DNA of 32,000 nt from Candidatus Saccharimonadota bacterium (GCA_041661045.1 JBAZVE010000001.1:330001-362000); one strand, 5' to 3'. Positions 15,751 to 24,291 are shown, counted from the first letter of the stretch. Numbers and translations: made by a program. Notes: generated by a model not told the origin, from the letters alone.

Positions 15751-16870
15751 GCCCTACAATGAGAATGCGTACAGTCCGGATGAGCTTATTGGGGAGACAC
15801 GGGTGTCAAAAAAATTGTCGGCTGAAATGCAACTGTTTCATTCCATTGGGTGCATTGCGGTGTTTACCGGCGCGGCATGGGTGACGGATATCTCTAATCC
15901 TGAGATCGTTCAAAATGTGGGCTTTTTTGCCGAAGGTGCAAGTCTGGCTTTTGGCATTGGGGGGTATATTAAAGGTTATGGTGACTACATTTACGATGCC
16001 TTCCATTCCACCCGCGTTGGTCCTTCTATCCCTGAGCTTGAAGTGAGATCGCCTTGGACGGGACATGGGCGGTATTCGCTTCCTCTACATAATCCTATTG
16101 TGAGGGGGCCTTTGGGAGATCGGCTTTCTCGTGAAGTGCACTATAAACCCATAGAGGCTCATCTCCAAAGAGAATCATTAACGACCTGGACCAACCCGCG
16201 GAAGGCTTTGCCCACGGAGCCCGATCGGCTTCCTGAGTTGACTTCAAAACTCGACCGATTCCTTGCGGATTTTGAAGAGGCGCTTCATGCTTCCACCAAT
16301 CGTGGCTTAATAGAACACGGGAAGGCTTTGAGAGATGGGGCGGAAGTTTTGAGGGAACTTGGCAAGACGCTTGATGCGGACCCCGACTCGCAGTTGGAAC
16401 AAAAGGCAGCGGTAATGGAAAAATTTGAACTCAAAAGACATCTTCAACAACTGGTTGGGCTTTGCAGGAGGCGGGCGCTTGCCCTTCAACTCATCGAGCG
16501 CTTGAAAACAAAGGGGGAGGTGGCTGTGGACTCCCGTGCTGCCTTTGATGAGGCGAATGTGAAATTGGCGAATTTTCATGGCATTAAACAGAAGACCGGC
16601 TTGCCTGCTGGAGAGGAGAGCTTGCGGGATAGTCTGACTCAGGCAAAAAAGGCCTATTCCGACCTTGTGAGCGGGATCGTTATTCTTATTGAAGAAAGCC
16701 GCAGAGAGCTGGAAGAAGTTTTGAATGCGGAGGGTGAGGGGCGCTTGCTCAGTGAGGAGGAGTTGGATGGAGCGGTTGGGATTGGAGAAACGGCTAAGCG
16801 AATGGGCATGGCGGCGCGAAGGGTGGGGGCGCGGACGGTGGGGACGCGGACGGTGGGGACGCAGAAATAG
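15623..16870 (+). CDS. Hypothetical protein with two hydrophobic segments and a long helical C-terminal region; 5' end uncertain
   Basis: ORF-track frame. The first ~38 codons (R/L/W/C-rich) overlap the 15574 ORF and look non-coding. Real entry may be a +1 shift at 15733-15739, or GTG 15803 (GGGGAG lies 7-12 nt upstream), or ATG 15827. Hydrophobic segments are LFHSIGCIAVFTGAAWV and VGFFAEGASLAFGIGGYI. No family recognised. Confidence 0.55.
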   Translation: METSQRGLTRMLHWLCVRLGFTELSLRGVLRGLPDWSLGRANKPYNENAYSPDELIGETRVSKKLSAEMQLFHSIGCIAVFTGAAWVTDISNPEIVQNVGFFAEGASLAFGIGGYIKGYGDYIYDAFHSTRVGPSIPELEVRSPWTGHGRYSLPLHNPIVRGPLGDRLSREVHYKPIEAHLQRESLTTWTNPRKALPTEPDRLPELTSKLDRFLADFEEALHASTNRGLIEHGKALRDGAEVLRELGKTLDADPDSQLEQKAAVMEKFELKRHLQQLVGLCRRRALALQLIERLKTKGEVAVDSRAAFDEANVKLANFHGIKQKTGLPAGEESLRDSLTQAKKAYSDLVSGIVILIEESRRELEEVLNAEGEGRLLSEEELDGAVGIGETAKRMGMAARRVGARTVGTRTVGTQK

Positions 16871-16906
16871 GATTTGAACATATGGGTTTTTCTTGTCTAT
16901 TCAAAT

Positions 16907-16924
16907 GGTGTGTACGCACTCACC
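16907..16924. promoter_or_regulatory. Imperfect 18-bp palindrome related to the recA palindrome, upstream of the HNH-dgt operon
   Basis: GGTGTGTACGCACTCACC: 7 of 9 arm pairs are complementary, and 14 of 18 positions are identical to the recA site. It lies 4 nt after a TTGAAC-18-TATTCA candidate promoter and 8 nt before a TATTAT box. Confidence 0.4.
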
Positions 16925-16982
16925 TTTTGTGTTATTATCAGGTTAAGCACTGCCAAGTGGGGACCCTTTAACCCCCTCTTTT

Positions 16983-18077
16983 ATGGACTTACAAAATGGT
17001 GAGATTGCGGCGGACTCTGCGCGGATGGCGCGAGCCATCGTGGAGGCCGCCGCGCCGGCGGATCTTTCGGATAAAGATTTATATGCGCGGTGCCAGGAAT
17101 ATGGTCTGAACGCGCGGGTGTGGCGGCGGCGCTTTGCCGGTTTATTGCCCGAGGTGATGCAGCGGGAGCTGCATCGGCGGCGGGGCCACGCGTCCATCTA
17201 CGAGTTTGCGTTTAAACTGGCGGGCATGAGCGGCTCCAGTGTGGACAAGGTTTTGCATTTGGCGGAAAAACTTGAAGATAAACCGGCGCTCCGTGAGCAG
17301 CTCATGAGCGGCTCGCAAGGGTGGTCCAAACTTGAAAAAGTGGCTTACATTGCAACGGCTGAAACGGACAAAGCGTGGGCGGAAAAGGTGGAGGGGATGG
17401 GCACTTACGCGCTGGAAGCTTTCGTTCAGTTGAAGCGGCGGGAGGGGGCCTTTACAGAAAGTGAAACTGTTGACGGGCAAACTCATATGAGTGAGCAGGA
17501 ACATAACTTTCGTACAGAGCAATGGGGTAGTATGAGTTTTCCGGTTTCTCCCGAGGTTGAGAAAAAACTCAGACTCCTCAAGTACCAACTGGAGCGGGAG
17601 AAGGGGGTAACCTTGACCTTCAATGAAGTGTTTCGGGCTCTTTTAGCGCAAGAGGCTGGGGGCGGAGGACAGGCTCAAATGGTTATTCAAGTGTGTCCGG
17701 AGTGTGCGGCGCGAAAAGCGTCCGAGGCTCAGGGCCGCGCGATCCCGGCGGCGGTGAGGAGGGTGCTGCACGCCAAATACAAAGGCTACTGCGGGTTTTC
17801 CGGTTGCGCGCGGCCGGCCACTTCCCTGCACCACACGCGGCGGTTCTCCCTAAACCAGGGGCATGACCCCCAATTCATCGTTCCTCTCTGCAAAGCGCAT
17901 GAGCGCCTGGCGCATTCTGGACTCATCGAAAACGAAGAAGAGCCGCCGGAAAAGTGGCGAGTGCTCGAGGCGGCGGACCGGAGGCATCCCAAATTCTCCA
18001 TCGATCAAAAAGTGCAATCCTTCCGCACAGAAGCTATACTTGGCGCACATCGGGCGCCGCTCACCCCCTCTCCATGA
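16983..18077 (+). CDS. HNH endonuclease with DUF222-like N-terminal domain
   Basis: C-terminal HNH/zinc motif CPEC...CGFSGC...SLHHTRRFS...IVPLCKAHERLAH. The N-terminal region (ASIYEFAFKLAGMSGSSVDKVLHLAEKLEDKPALREQL) resembles DUF222-type HNH proteins. Confidence 0.8.
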   Translation: MDLQNGEIAADSARMARAIVEAAAPADLSDKDLYARCQEYGLNARVWRRRFAGLLPEVMQRELHRRRGHASIYEFAFKLAGMSGSSVDKVLHLAEKLEDKPALREQLMSGSQGWSKLEKVAYIATAETDKAWAEKVEGMGTYALEAFVQLKRREGAFTESETVDGQTHMSEQEHNFRTEQWGSMSFPVSPEVEKKLRLLKYQLEREKGVTLTFNEVFRALLAQEAGGGGQAQMVIQVCPECAARKASEAQGRAIPAAVRRVLHAKYKGYCGFSGCARPATSLHHTRRFSLNQGHDPQFIVPLCKAHERLAHSGLIENEEEPPEKWRVLEAADRRHPKFSIDQKVQSFRTEAILGAHRAPLTPSP

Positions 18078-19201
18078 TTTACACCACTCTACAACTCGCC
18101 GAGAATGAAGCTTCCATGTTGAGGGCCTACGCGGTGCTCAGCAAAAACAGCCGTGGGCGAAAAGTTCCGGAGAGCACGGACCCTCAACGGCTCCCCTTCC
18201 AAAAGGATCGGGACCGCATCATTCACTGCCGCGCGTTTCGGCGGCTCAAAGAAAAAACACAGGTTTTTGTGCCGCACTATGGTGATCACTATCGCAATCG
18301 GCTCAGCCATAGCCTGGAGGTTTCTCAAGTGTCACGGGATCTTGCGCGCACCCTGGGCCTCAATGAAGACTTGGCGGAAGCCATCGCCCTGGCCCACGAC
18401 CTCGGACACACGCCTTTTGGCCACGCGGGGGAGCACGCGCTCAACGAATGCATGCGTGAGTATGGACTTTCTTTTGAACACAACGAACAGAGTCGGCGCA
18501 TCGTGGAAGAACTGGAAGAGGTGTACCCCAAATTCCGCGGACTGAACTTAAGTGTGGAAGTGATTGAGGGGCTCATGAAGCATCAAACTTCTTGGGACAA
18601 TCCGACGGGGGGCGAGGCCATTCGACCCTCCTTGGAGGCGCAAGTGGTCAATATGGGCGATGAAATTGCGTATCAAAATCATGACATTGATGACGGGCTC
18701 CGCAGTGGGCTATTTACTGAGGCGGACTTGGGGAAACTGGAACTTTGGAAATGGGCGAAAGAGGCTTCCGATCAAGCGGATGGAGTGATTGAGAATGAGA
18801 AAATACGCATCGCCAGAATTGTGAGCAAGATGATCAGTTTGATGATTTGGGACATTGCGGAAGAGGCGAGTCGCTTGATCACGCTCCATGACATTCGTAC
18901 GCTTCAGGATGTCTACTCGTGCAAGGAAAAGCTGGTGTATTTTTCCGATGGAATGATGCGGGCCAATAAAGAACTTAAAGAGTTTTTGACGACCCGGCTC
19001 TACTTCCACCCCGAAGTGCTGAGGCACTCCCAACATGGGGAAAGGATCATTAAAATCCTGTTCAATCATGGCATGAAAGAATGGCAACTTGCCCACCCGG
19101 GAGAAGATGTGGCAGTGGGGGCGCAAGTGGTCAGAGACTACTTGGCGGGGATGACGGATCGTTTTGCCGAGCTCCAAGTCCAGGAACTCGAGGGACTTTA
19201 G
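18074..19201 (+). CDS. dgt: dGTPase-like dNTP triphosphohydrolase (HD domain)
   Basis: Start at MIYTT; ATG 18074 overlaps the HNH stop as ATGA. Motifs FQKDRDRIIHCRAFRRLKEKTQVF, RLSHSLEVSQVSR and AHDLGHTPFGHAGE. Confidence 0.85.
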   Translation: MIYTTLQLAENEASMLRAYAVLSKNSRGRKVPESTDPQRLPFQKDRDRIIHCRAFRRLKEKTQVFVPHYGDHYRNRLSHSLEVSQVSRDLARTLGLNEDLAEAIALAHDLGHTPFGHAGEHALNECMREYGLSFEHNEQSRRIVEELEEVYPKFRGLNLSVEVIEGLMKHQTSWDNPTGGEAIRPSLEAQVVNMGDEIAYQNHDIDDGLRSGLFTEADLGKLELWKWAKEASDQADGVIENEKIRIARIVSKMISLMIWDIAEEASRLITLHDIRTLQDVYSCKEKLVYFSDGMMRANKELKEFLTTRLYFHPEVLRHSQHGERIIKILFNHGMKEWQLAHPGEDVAVGAQVVRDYLAGMTDRFAELQVQELEGL

Positions 19202-20411
19202 GGCCCGTTGAGACTACGGGGGCCATGGGGGCCGCAGGGGCCATGGGGGCCGCGGAGGTGGGAGCGGCGGCGGGAGTGGGGAGCTGTTTTTCTTTGAGCA
19301 TTTCCATGAGGACTTTTTGTTTGACCAAGGCGCGGAGGCTGGAATCGCCCATGGGTTTTTCTTCGGACTGGAATAGTGAAGTGAACGAGTGTTCGAGATT
19401 GTCGAGCTTTTGTTTGTCCATGGCTTTGGCCTGAAAAAGTTGGACCACCTTGTTGTCGGGGTCACGCAGGAGGAGGCGCTGGCAAATGTCCACTACATCT
19501 TTGTAACGGCCCTCGCGCGTCCACATGCCCAAGAGTTCAAGCACCGTATCCACATCGCGCCGCGCCATGGAGCCACTGCGGCCGGTGGAGGCGAATACAA
19601 TGGCACCGGCTTTGTGCGCCAAAAGGTAGAGGAGATAAACAAAACCGAGCGCCACCAAAATGACCACCGGAAAAAACATATTGAATTCGAGGAAAGAGTT
19701 GAACACGGCATGAATGAGCATGGCGATGCACAGTCCCTTAATCAGCATGAGCTGTGAAAAAGCCTTGGCTTCGTCGGTGCCGAGAACTTTGGACAGCACG
19801 CGCACCCCAAAAGACCGTTCTCCCATCCACAATTTGGTCTCCATAATGGGATGAGCGAACTTGGAAATTCCATAAAAATATCCATAAATCCCCGAGAACA
19901 CCATGTGGGCGCAGACCGTGAAGAGGGAGCGAAAAATCATGACCGGGAGTAAGCCCACCACGCCGCTTTGCTTCCACACTTCCATAAAATAAAAAATATT
20001 CTCCGTGAAGGCGAAACCGAGCCCCGCCAGGATTGAATATTTTACCGCGTCGTTGATGGTTTGGATTCCAATGCGTGTTTTACCGATGATGCGCACCACT
20101 CCACTTTTTGTGAGTTCCTCCAGAATTCCAACCACCACCAAAGACAAGATCGCGGCAAAATGCACCTCAGTGATGTTCTGTTCAATGGCGTTATAAATAT
20201 TGAGTACCGGGAAGCGCACCCACAAAAAATCGTACAAAAGAACCAGGGGGAGAACCGTGAGTGTGCCCAAGAAAAAGGCGAGCAAGAGGGGCCATCGCGA
20301 AGTCTTCCGTCCTTTAAATAAAAGTACGGACCAGATGAGGGCAGGGAGAGCGGCTAGAATAATTACGATGGCGAGCCGGATCCAGTCGTCTTGTGTAAAG
20401 CTACTGAACAT
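19131..20411 (-). CDS. PrsW-family intramembrane metalloprotease with C-terminal extension
   Basis: Motifs GILEELTKSG (EExxK), GFAFTENIFYF, HMVFSGIYG and HAVFNSF. Start chosen at MFSSFTQDDW (20411); the track start at 20486 would run antisense through nrdR. The Pro/Ala-rich tail overlaps the dgt 3' end by 71 nt. Confidence 0.7.
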   Translation of the reverse strand: MFSSFTQDDWIRLAIVIILAALPALIWSVLLFKGRKTSRWPLLLAFFLGTLTVLPLVLLYDFLWVRFPVLNIYNAIEQNITEVHFAAILSLVVVGILEELTKSGVVRIIGKTRIGIQTINDAVKYSILAGLGFAFTENIFYFMEVWKQSGVVGLLPVMIFRSLFTVCAHMVFSGIYGYFYGISKFAHPIMETKLWMGERSFGVRVLSKVLGTDEAKAFSQLMLIKGLCIAMLIHAVFNSFLEFNMFFPVVILVALGFVYLLYLLAHKAGAIVFASTGRSGSMARRDVDTVLELLGMWTREGRYKDVVDICQRLLLRDPDNKVVQLFQAKAMDKQKLDNLEHSFTSLFQSEEKPMGDSSLRALVKQKVLMEMLKEKQLPTPAAAPTSAAPMAPAAPMAPVVSTGPKVPRVPGLGARQNDPSSPPSSL

Positions 20412-20427
20412 GTCACTATTTAACCCG

Positions 20428-20877
20428 ATGATTTGCCCTAAATGCAAATATAAAGCCACTTCGGTGGTGGACTCTCGAGAAGCCAATGAAGGCCGATCGA
20501 TTCGACGAAGGCGCGAATGTGAGGAGTGCGACTACCGTTTCACCACTTTTGAGAAAGTGGAAACCGCCAATTTTATTGTGGTGAAAAAAGATGGCTCGCG
20601 GGAAAGTTACGACCGCAGCAAGGTGGAGCATGGCGTGTGGCGCGCGTGTGAGAAACGCCCCGTGACCCAAGAACAAATCAGCGGCATGATCGACCGCCTG
20701 GAGGAAGTGTGGAGCACCAGCGGCAAAGAAATCCCCGGTGACACCATCGGCCGGGATGTGATGCACGCACTCAAAGTCATCGATGAGGTCTCTTATATCC
20801 GCTTCGCTTCCGTGTACCGCCAGTTTAAAGATGTGGACGAGTTCAAAGAAGAGCTCAATAAATTGTTGGGGAAGTAG
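20428..20877 (+). CDS. nrdR: Transcriptional repressor NrdR
   Basis: Start at MICPKCKYKATSVVDSRE. Zinc ribbon CPKC...CEEC followed by an ATP-cone; 149 aa, typical NrdR length. Confidence 0.9.
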   Translation: MICPKCKYKATSVVDSREANEGRSIRRRRECEECDYRFTTFEKVETANFIVVKKDGSRESYDRSKVEHGVWRACEKRPVTQEQISGMIDRLEEVWSTSGKEIPGDTIGRDVMHALKVIDEVSYIRFASVYRQFKDVDEFKEELNKLLGK

Positions 20878-20880
20878 GAA

Positions 20881-21729
20881 CTATTTTTCTTGAGCAAGGT
20901 GCGGTTTTATGGCGGCGGTGGCTCTCATTTTTCGGTATGCCTTGGCTTCAATTTGTCGGATACTTTCACGCGTTAAATCCATCTCCTTTCCAATGTCTTC
21001 CAGGCTCGACCCCTCGGGATCTCCTTCCAGACCAACCCGACGCCTTAGAACATACCGCTCCCTTTCCTCCAACTCTGCAGCGTCCATGAAGTCTCGAATA
21101 AAACCACGCAATTCTCTGCGCCTTGTTTCAAGCTCCGGATCAGAGGCTTGGTCGGTTCTTAGACGGCCGATTATGGATAAACCCTCTTCGTCAGCGCCCG
21201 GGGCCGGTTCCAATGGTAAAGTTCCTTTATTGAGTTGGAGTACATTCAATAAGGTTTTTGGAGTCACTTTGAATTCTTTGGCCAGCTCTTCGAGGGTTGG
21301 CTGGCGCTTGTGAGTTATTAAGAAAAATTTTCTGTATTCCCGGACACGATTGATCAGTGCTGCTCTGTAGACTGGTAAACGAATGGTACGGCTTGTGTTC
21401 TCTATAGCCCGCACAATGCTTTGACGAATCCACCAAGTCGCATAGGTGGAAAACTTGATCCCACGACTATAATCGAATTTTTCTACCGCCTTCATTAAGC
21501 CCAAAATCCCCTCTTGGACCAGATCGTCAAATGGGAGTCCACGGTATTTGTACTGATTGGCGACACTGAGCACCAGACGGGAATTTGCCTTGATCATTTC
21601 GAGCCTGGCGAGTTCACTATTCGCCCCCCCTTCTTGGATCATCCTACCCAATTCCGTCTCATCTTCACGATGAAGGAGTGGGACAGCTCTCAACGCTTCA
21701 CGGTAAGTGTCGGGTTTTTGGAGGGCCAT
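20881..21729 (-). CDS. RNA polymerase sigma factor, sigma-70 family (RpoD/SigA-like, short form)
   Basis: Region 2 ([41 protein letters not shown]), region 3 (RTIRLP) and region 4.2 ([27 protein letters not shown]). Confidence 0.88.
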   Translation of the reverse strand: MALQKPDTYREALRAVPLLHREDETELGRMIQEGGANSELARLEMIKANSRLVLSVANQYKYRGLPFDDLVQEGILGLMKAVEKFDYSRGIKFSTYATWWIRQSIVRAIENTSRTIRLPVYRAALINRVREYRKFFLITHKRQPTLEELAKEFKVTPKTLLNVLQLNKGTLPLEPAPGADEEGLSIIGRLRTDQASDPELETRRRELRGFIRDFMDAAELEERERYVLRRRVGLEGDPEGSSLEDIGKEMDLTRESIRQIEAKAYRKMRATAAIKPHLAQEK

Positions 21730-21772
21730 ACTGCTGATATTAGTTGCCTATTAAACACTTTGTTCGGTTTTC

Positions 21773-21801
21773 TTGCAAGTTTCTTGTTTTTTTGGTATAA
21801 T
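21773..21801 (+). promoter_or_regulatory. Putative L,D-transpeptidase promoter TTGCAA-17-TATAAT
   Basis: TTGCAAGTTTCTTGTTTTTTTGGTATAAT, with a 26-nt A-rich leader to ATG 21828 and no Shine-Dalgarno motif. Confidence 0.55.
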
Positions 21802-21827
21802 CTTTTGAATACAAAAACAAAAAGACC

Positions 21828-22967
21828 ATGCTGCCCCGTCCCTGTAAAAACTTAATCCGCCGCCCCTTGCTTACTATTTTCTTTGCTTCGTTTACCTTCG
21901 TTGTGACCCTTTTGTTGGGGATCTTTAATAATGATCATCTGCAGGTTTCTCTCTTCAATAAGCCGCTTGTGGCGGCAGTTGGAGTTTATTTTGATACCGT
22001 GGTGCGCATCGATCCGGAAGCCTACAGCCTGGATGGAGAAGTGTTGGAAGCCAGCGCCGTGCTCGGCAAATATGGCGAGTGGTCCTTTTGCCAATATGAA
22101 ATGCCCGAAACGCCTGAATACAGCGTGCAACTCAACGGGGTGGAGGTGGAAGAAGGCATACAAGGTGGACAGGTGTTCAGTGTGAGCATGAGCTTTGTGA
22201 ACGCCGGAAACACTCGATTGTTTGCTGATGACGCCAATTGTTACGGACTCCCCGTCTTCAATGTGGGAACCCAAAAAGCCCAAGACCGAGCCAGTATTTT
22301 TGGGGATGCGGACCATGCAGTGACCGGATGGGTCGGAACCAACCGCATCCAAATGAGTGAAGACTATGTCGATCCGTGGGAAGAGTTTCATGTTAACTTT
22401 CAAAGTGTCGCCCCCATGGGAGACAATATTTATAGAGAATTTTTTAAGGGAGTGATTGAAGACAAGGCGTGGATTGGATCTGACTTTGGTGTGGATATCA
22501 CAGTGGGAACGCCCACGGAACAAATGCAAAATGATATCAGCTTTGTGACGGATATTTCGGTGGACGCCGGGTCATTGAGCGGATTGGAACGAAGTTTGGA
22601 AATTGTGCTCGCGGACCAAACCATGTTTGCTAAATTTGGTGACATTGCGGTGTGGAGCATGCCGGTTTCCAGTGGAGCTTGGGCCACCCCCACGCCCCGT
22701 GGAGCTTACAAAGTGCTCACCAAACAAGAACTTCGCGTGGGACAAGCCTACCCCAATTACCGCATGCCTTACTTCCAATTGTGGGACTGGCGAGGATACG
22801 GAATTCACGCGCTTCCCTATTTGGTCAACGATGGCGGAACCTTTTGGTCCGAAGCTTTGGAACACATCGGAACGCCGGTGAGCCACGGTTGTGTGCGCAC
22901 CTTGCCGGAAGACGCTGAAACCGCGTACAACTTTACGAACATCGGCACGCCGGTGAATATTCGCTAG
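21828..22967 (+). CDS. L,D-transpeptidase (YkuD domain) with N-terminal membrane anchor
   Basis: C-terminal YkuD catalytic region YGIHALPY...GTPVSHGCVRT. N-terminal TM segment LLTIFFASFTFVVTLLLGIF. Confidence 0.8.
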   Translation: MLPRPCKNLIRRPLLTIFFASFTFVVTLLLGIFNNDHLQVSLFNKPLVAAVGVYFDTVVRIDPEAYSLDGEVLEASAVLGKYGEWSFCQYEMPETPEYSVQLNGVEVEEGIQGGQVFSVSMSFVNAGNTRLFADDANCYGLPVFNVGTQKAQDRASIFGDADHAVTGWVGTNRIQMSEDYVDPWEEFHVNFQSVAPMGDNIYREFFKGVIEDKAWIGSDFGVDITVGTPTEQMQNDISFVTDISVDAGSLSGLERSLEIVLADQTMFAKFGDIAVWSMPVSSGAWATPTPRGAYKVLTKQELRVGQAYPNYRMPYFQLWDWRGYGIHALPYLVNDGGTFWSEALEHIGTPVSHGCVRTLPEDAETAYNFTNIGTPVNIR

Positions 22968-22974
22968 TCACGCG

Positions 22975-24219
22975 CTAAATTTTTTGCAGGCGCACCTTAA
23001 GAATGGTGCTGCGGAGCATTTGTAAAACCGTGAACTTCCATCCTTCAAACACAACGGATTGGCCTTCTTTGGGGAGATGACCCAATTCTTCAATAATAAA
23101 GTAACTCACGGTCTTGTAACCCGGGTGAGTGAATTCCACTTCCATGAGTTCCGTCAGGTCGTCCAGCTCGGTGCGGCCGCTGAGTTCGTAGTCGTGCTGT
23201 CCGAGTTTTTTAACATTTTCCTCCGCGATGTCTTGTTCATCTTCAATCTCCCCCACCAACTCTTCGAGCAGATCCTCCATGGTCACGATGCCCAGCGTTC
23301 CTCCGTATTCGTCCAAAACCACCGCCATGTGTGTGCGGCTCTTTTTAAACTGTCTGAACAGATCTTGAACTTTCATGGAGTGAGACACCTTGAGCGGCGT
23401 GAGCAACTTGATTTGTCGCAAACTGGTGTGCTCCGGATCCTCCTGCGTGTGAACTTGTTTGAGCAGTTCTTTGATCGACAAAATGCCCACAATATTGTCG
23501 ATATTGTCGCGATACACGGGGATGCGCGTGTGCGTGTGGTGAACCACAAACTCGCTCGCCTCATCCAATTTAAAGGTTTCGGGCAGCGCATCCACATGGA
23601 CGCGCGGAGTCATGATGCCTTCCACGGGAATATCGTTGAATTCCAAGGCATTTTCGATGAGTTCCAGTTCGTGTTCGTCGATGCTTCCTTCTTCCGCTCC
23701 AATGGAAGCCATGGCGATGAGTTCTTCATCGGTGACTTGAGCCTGTTTGGATGAACCGAGTACGCGCAAAATCAGATTTATAAAGCGGTCCAAGAGCCAA
23801 ACGAGTGGCGTTAAAATCCACACAAAAACACGGATGGGCGGTGATAGGAAGAGCCCCACGCTTTGTGCGTGCACGCTGGCTAAAGACTTGGGGAGGGCTT
23901 CGCCAAAAATAAGGCTTACGATGGTGAGTATTCCGGAGACGATTCCCAAATAGATGGAGTCGAATCTTTCCGTGACCAAAACCGTGGCCACCGCAGCGGC
24001 AAGCGTATCCACGAACTGATTCCCAAACAAGACCGCGATGAGCGTGCGGTGATAATTCTTCTTAAGCCAATCCAATTGCTGTGCCCCGGGTTTCTTCTCC
24101 TCAAGCAAAGTTCGCACCTTGGCCGGAGACAAGGAATTGATTGCCGTCTCAGCCGCCGCAAAGAATGCGGAGAGGAGAACGAAGAGTGCTATGAGGCCGA
24201 GTCCTAGGGCAGGATCCAA
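22975..24219 (-). CDS. CNNM/DUF21-CBS-CorC_HlyC family protein (hemolysin/CorC-like)
   Basis: Four N-terminal TM helices (DUF21), a tandem CBS region and the CorC_HlyC C-terminal domain. Apparent TTG start at 24219; there is no nearby ATG. Confidence 0.85.
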   Translation of the reverse strand: MDPALGLGLIALFVLLSAFFAAAETAINSLSPAKVRTLLEEKKPGAQQLDWLKKNYHRTLIAVLFGNQFVDTLAAAVATVLVTERFDSIYLGIVSGILTIVSLIFGEALPKSLASVHAQSVGLFLSPPIRVFVWILTPLVWLLDRFINLILRVLGSSKQAQVTDEELIAMASIGAEEGSIDEHELELIENALEFNDIPVEGIMTPRVHVDALPETFKLDEASEFVVHHTHTRIPVYRDNIDNIVGILSIKELLKQVHTQEDPEHTSLRQIKLLTPLKVSHSMKVQDLFRQFKKSRTHMAVVLDEYGGTLGIVTMEDLLEELVGEIEDEQDIAEENVKKLGQHDYELSGRTELDDLTELMEVEFTHPGYKTVSYFIIEELGHLPKEGQSVVFEGWKFTVLQMLRSTILKVRLQKI

Positions 24220-24256
24220 GTTGTGATTTAAAAAACAAACGAGAGTCTAACATATT

Positions 24257-24285
24257 TTGACCTCGTCTCACAAGTGGCTTATAGT
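24257..24285 (+). promoter_or_regulatory. Putative argS promoter TTGACC-17-TATAGT, with the -10 box 6 nt from the ATG
   Basis: TTGACCTCGTCTCACAAGTGGCTTATAGTTCCCGCATG. Confidence 0.55.
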
Positions 24286-24291
24286 TCCCGC

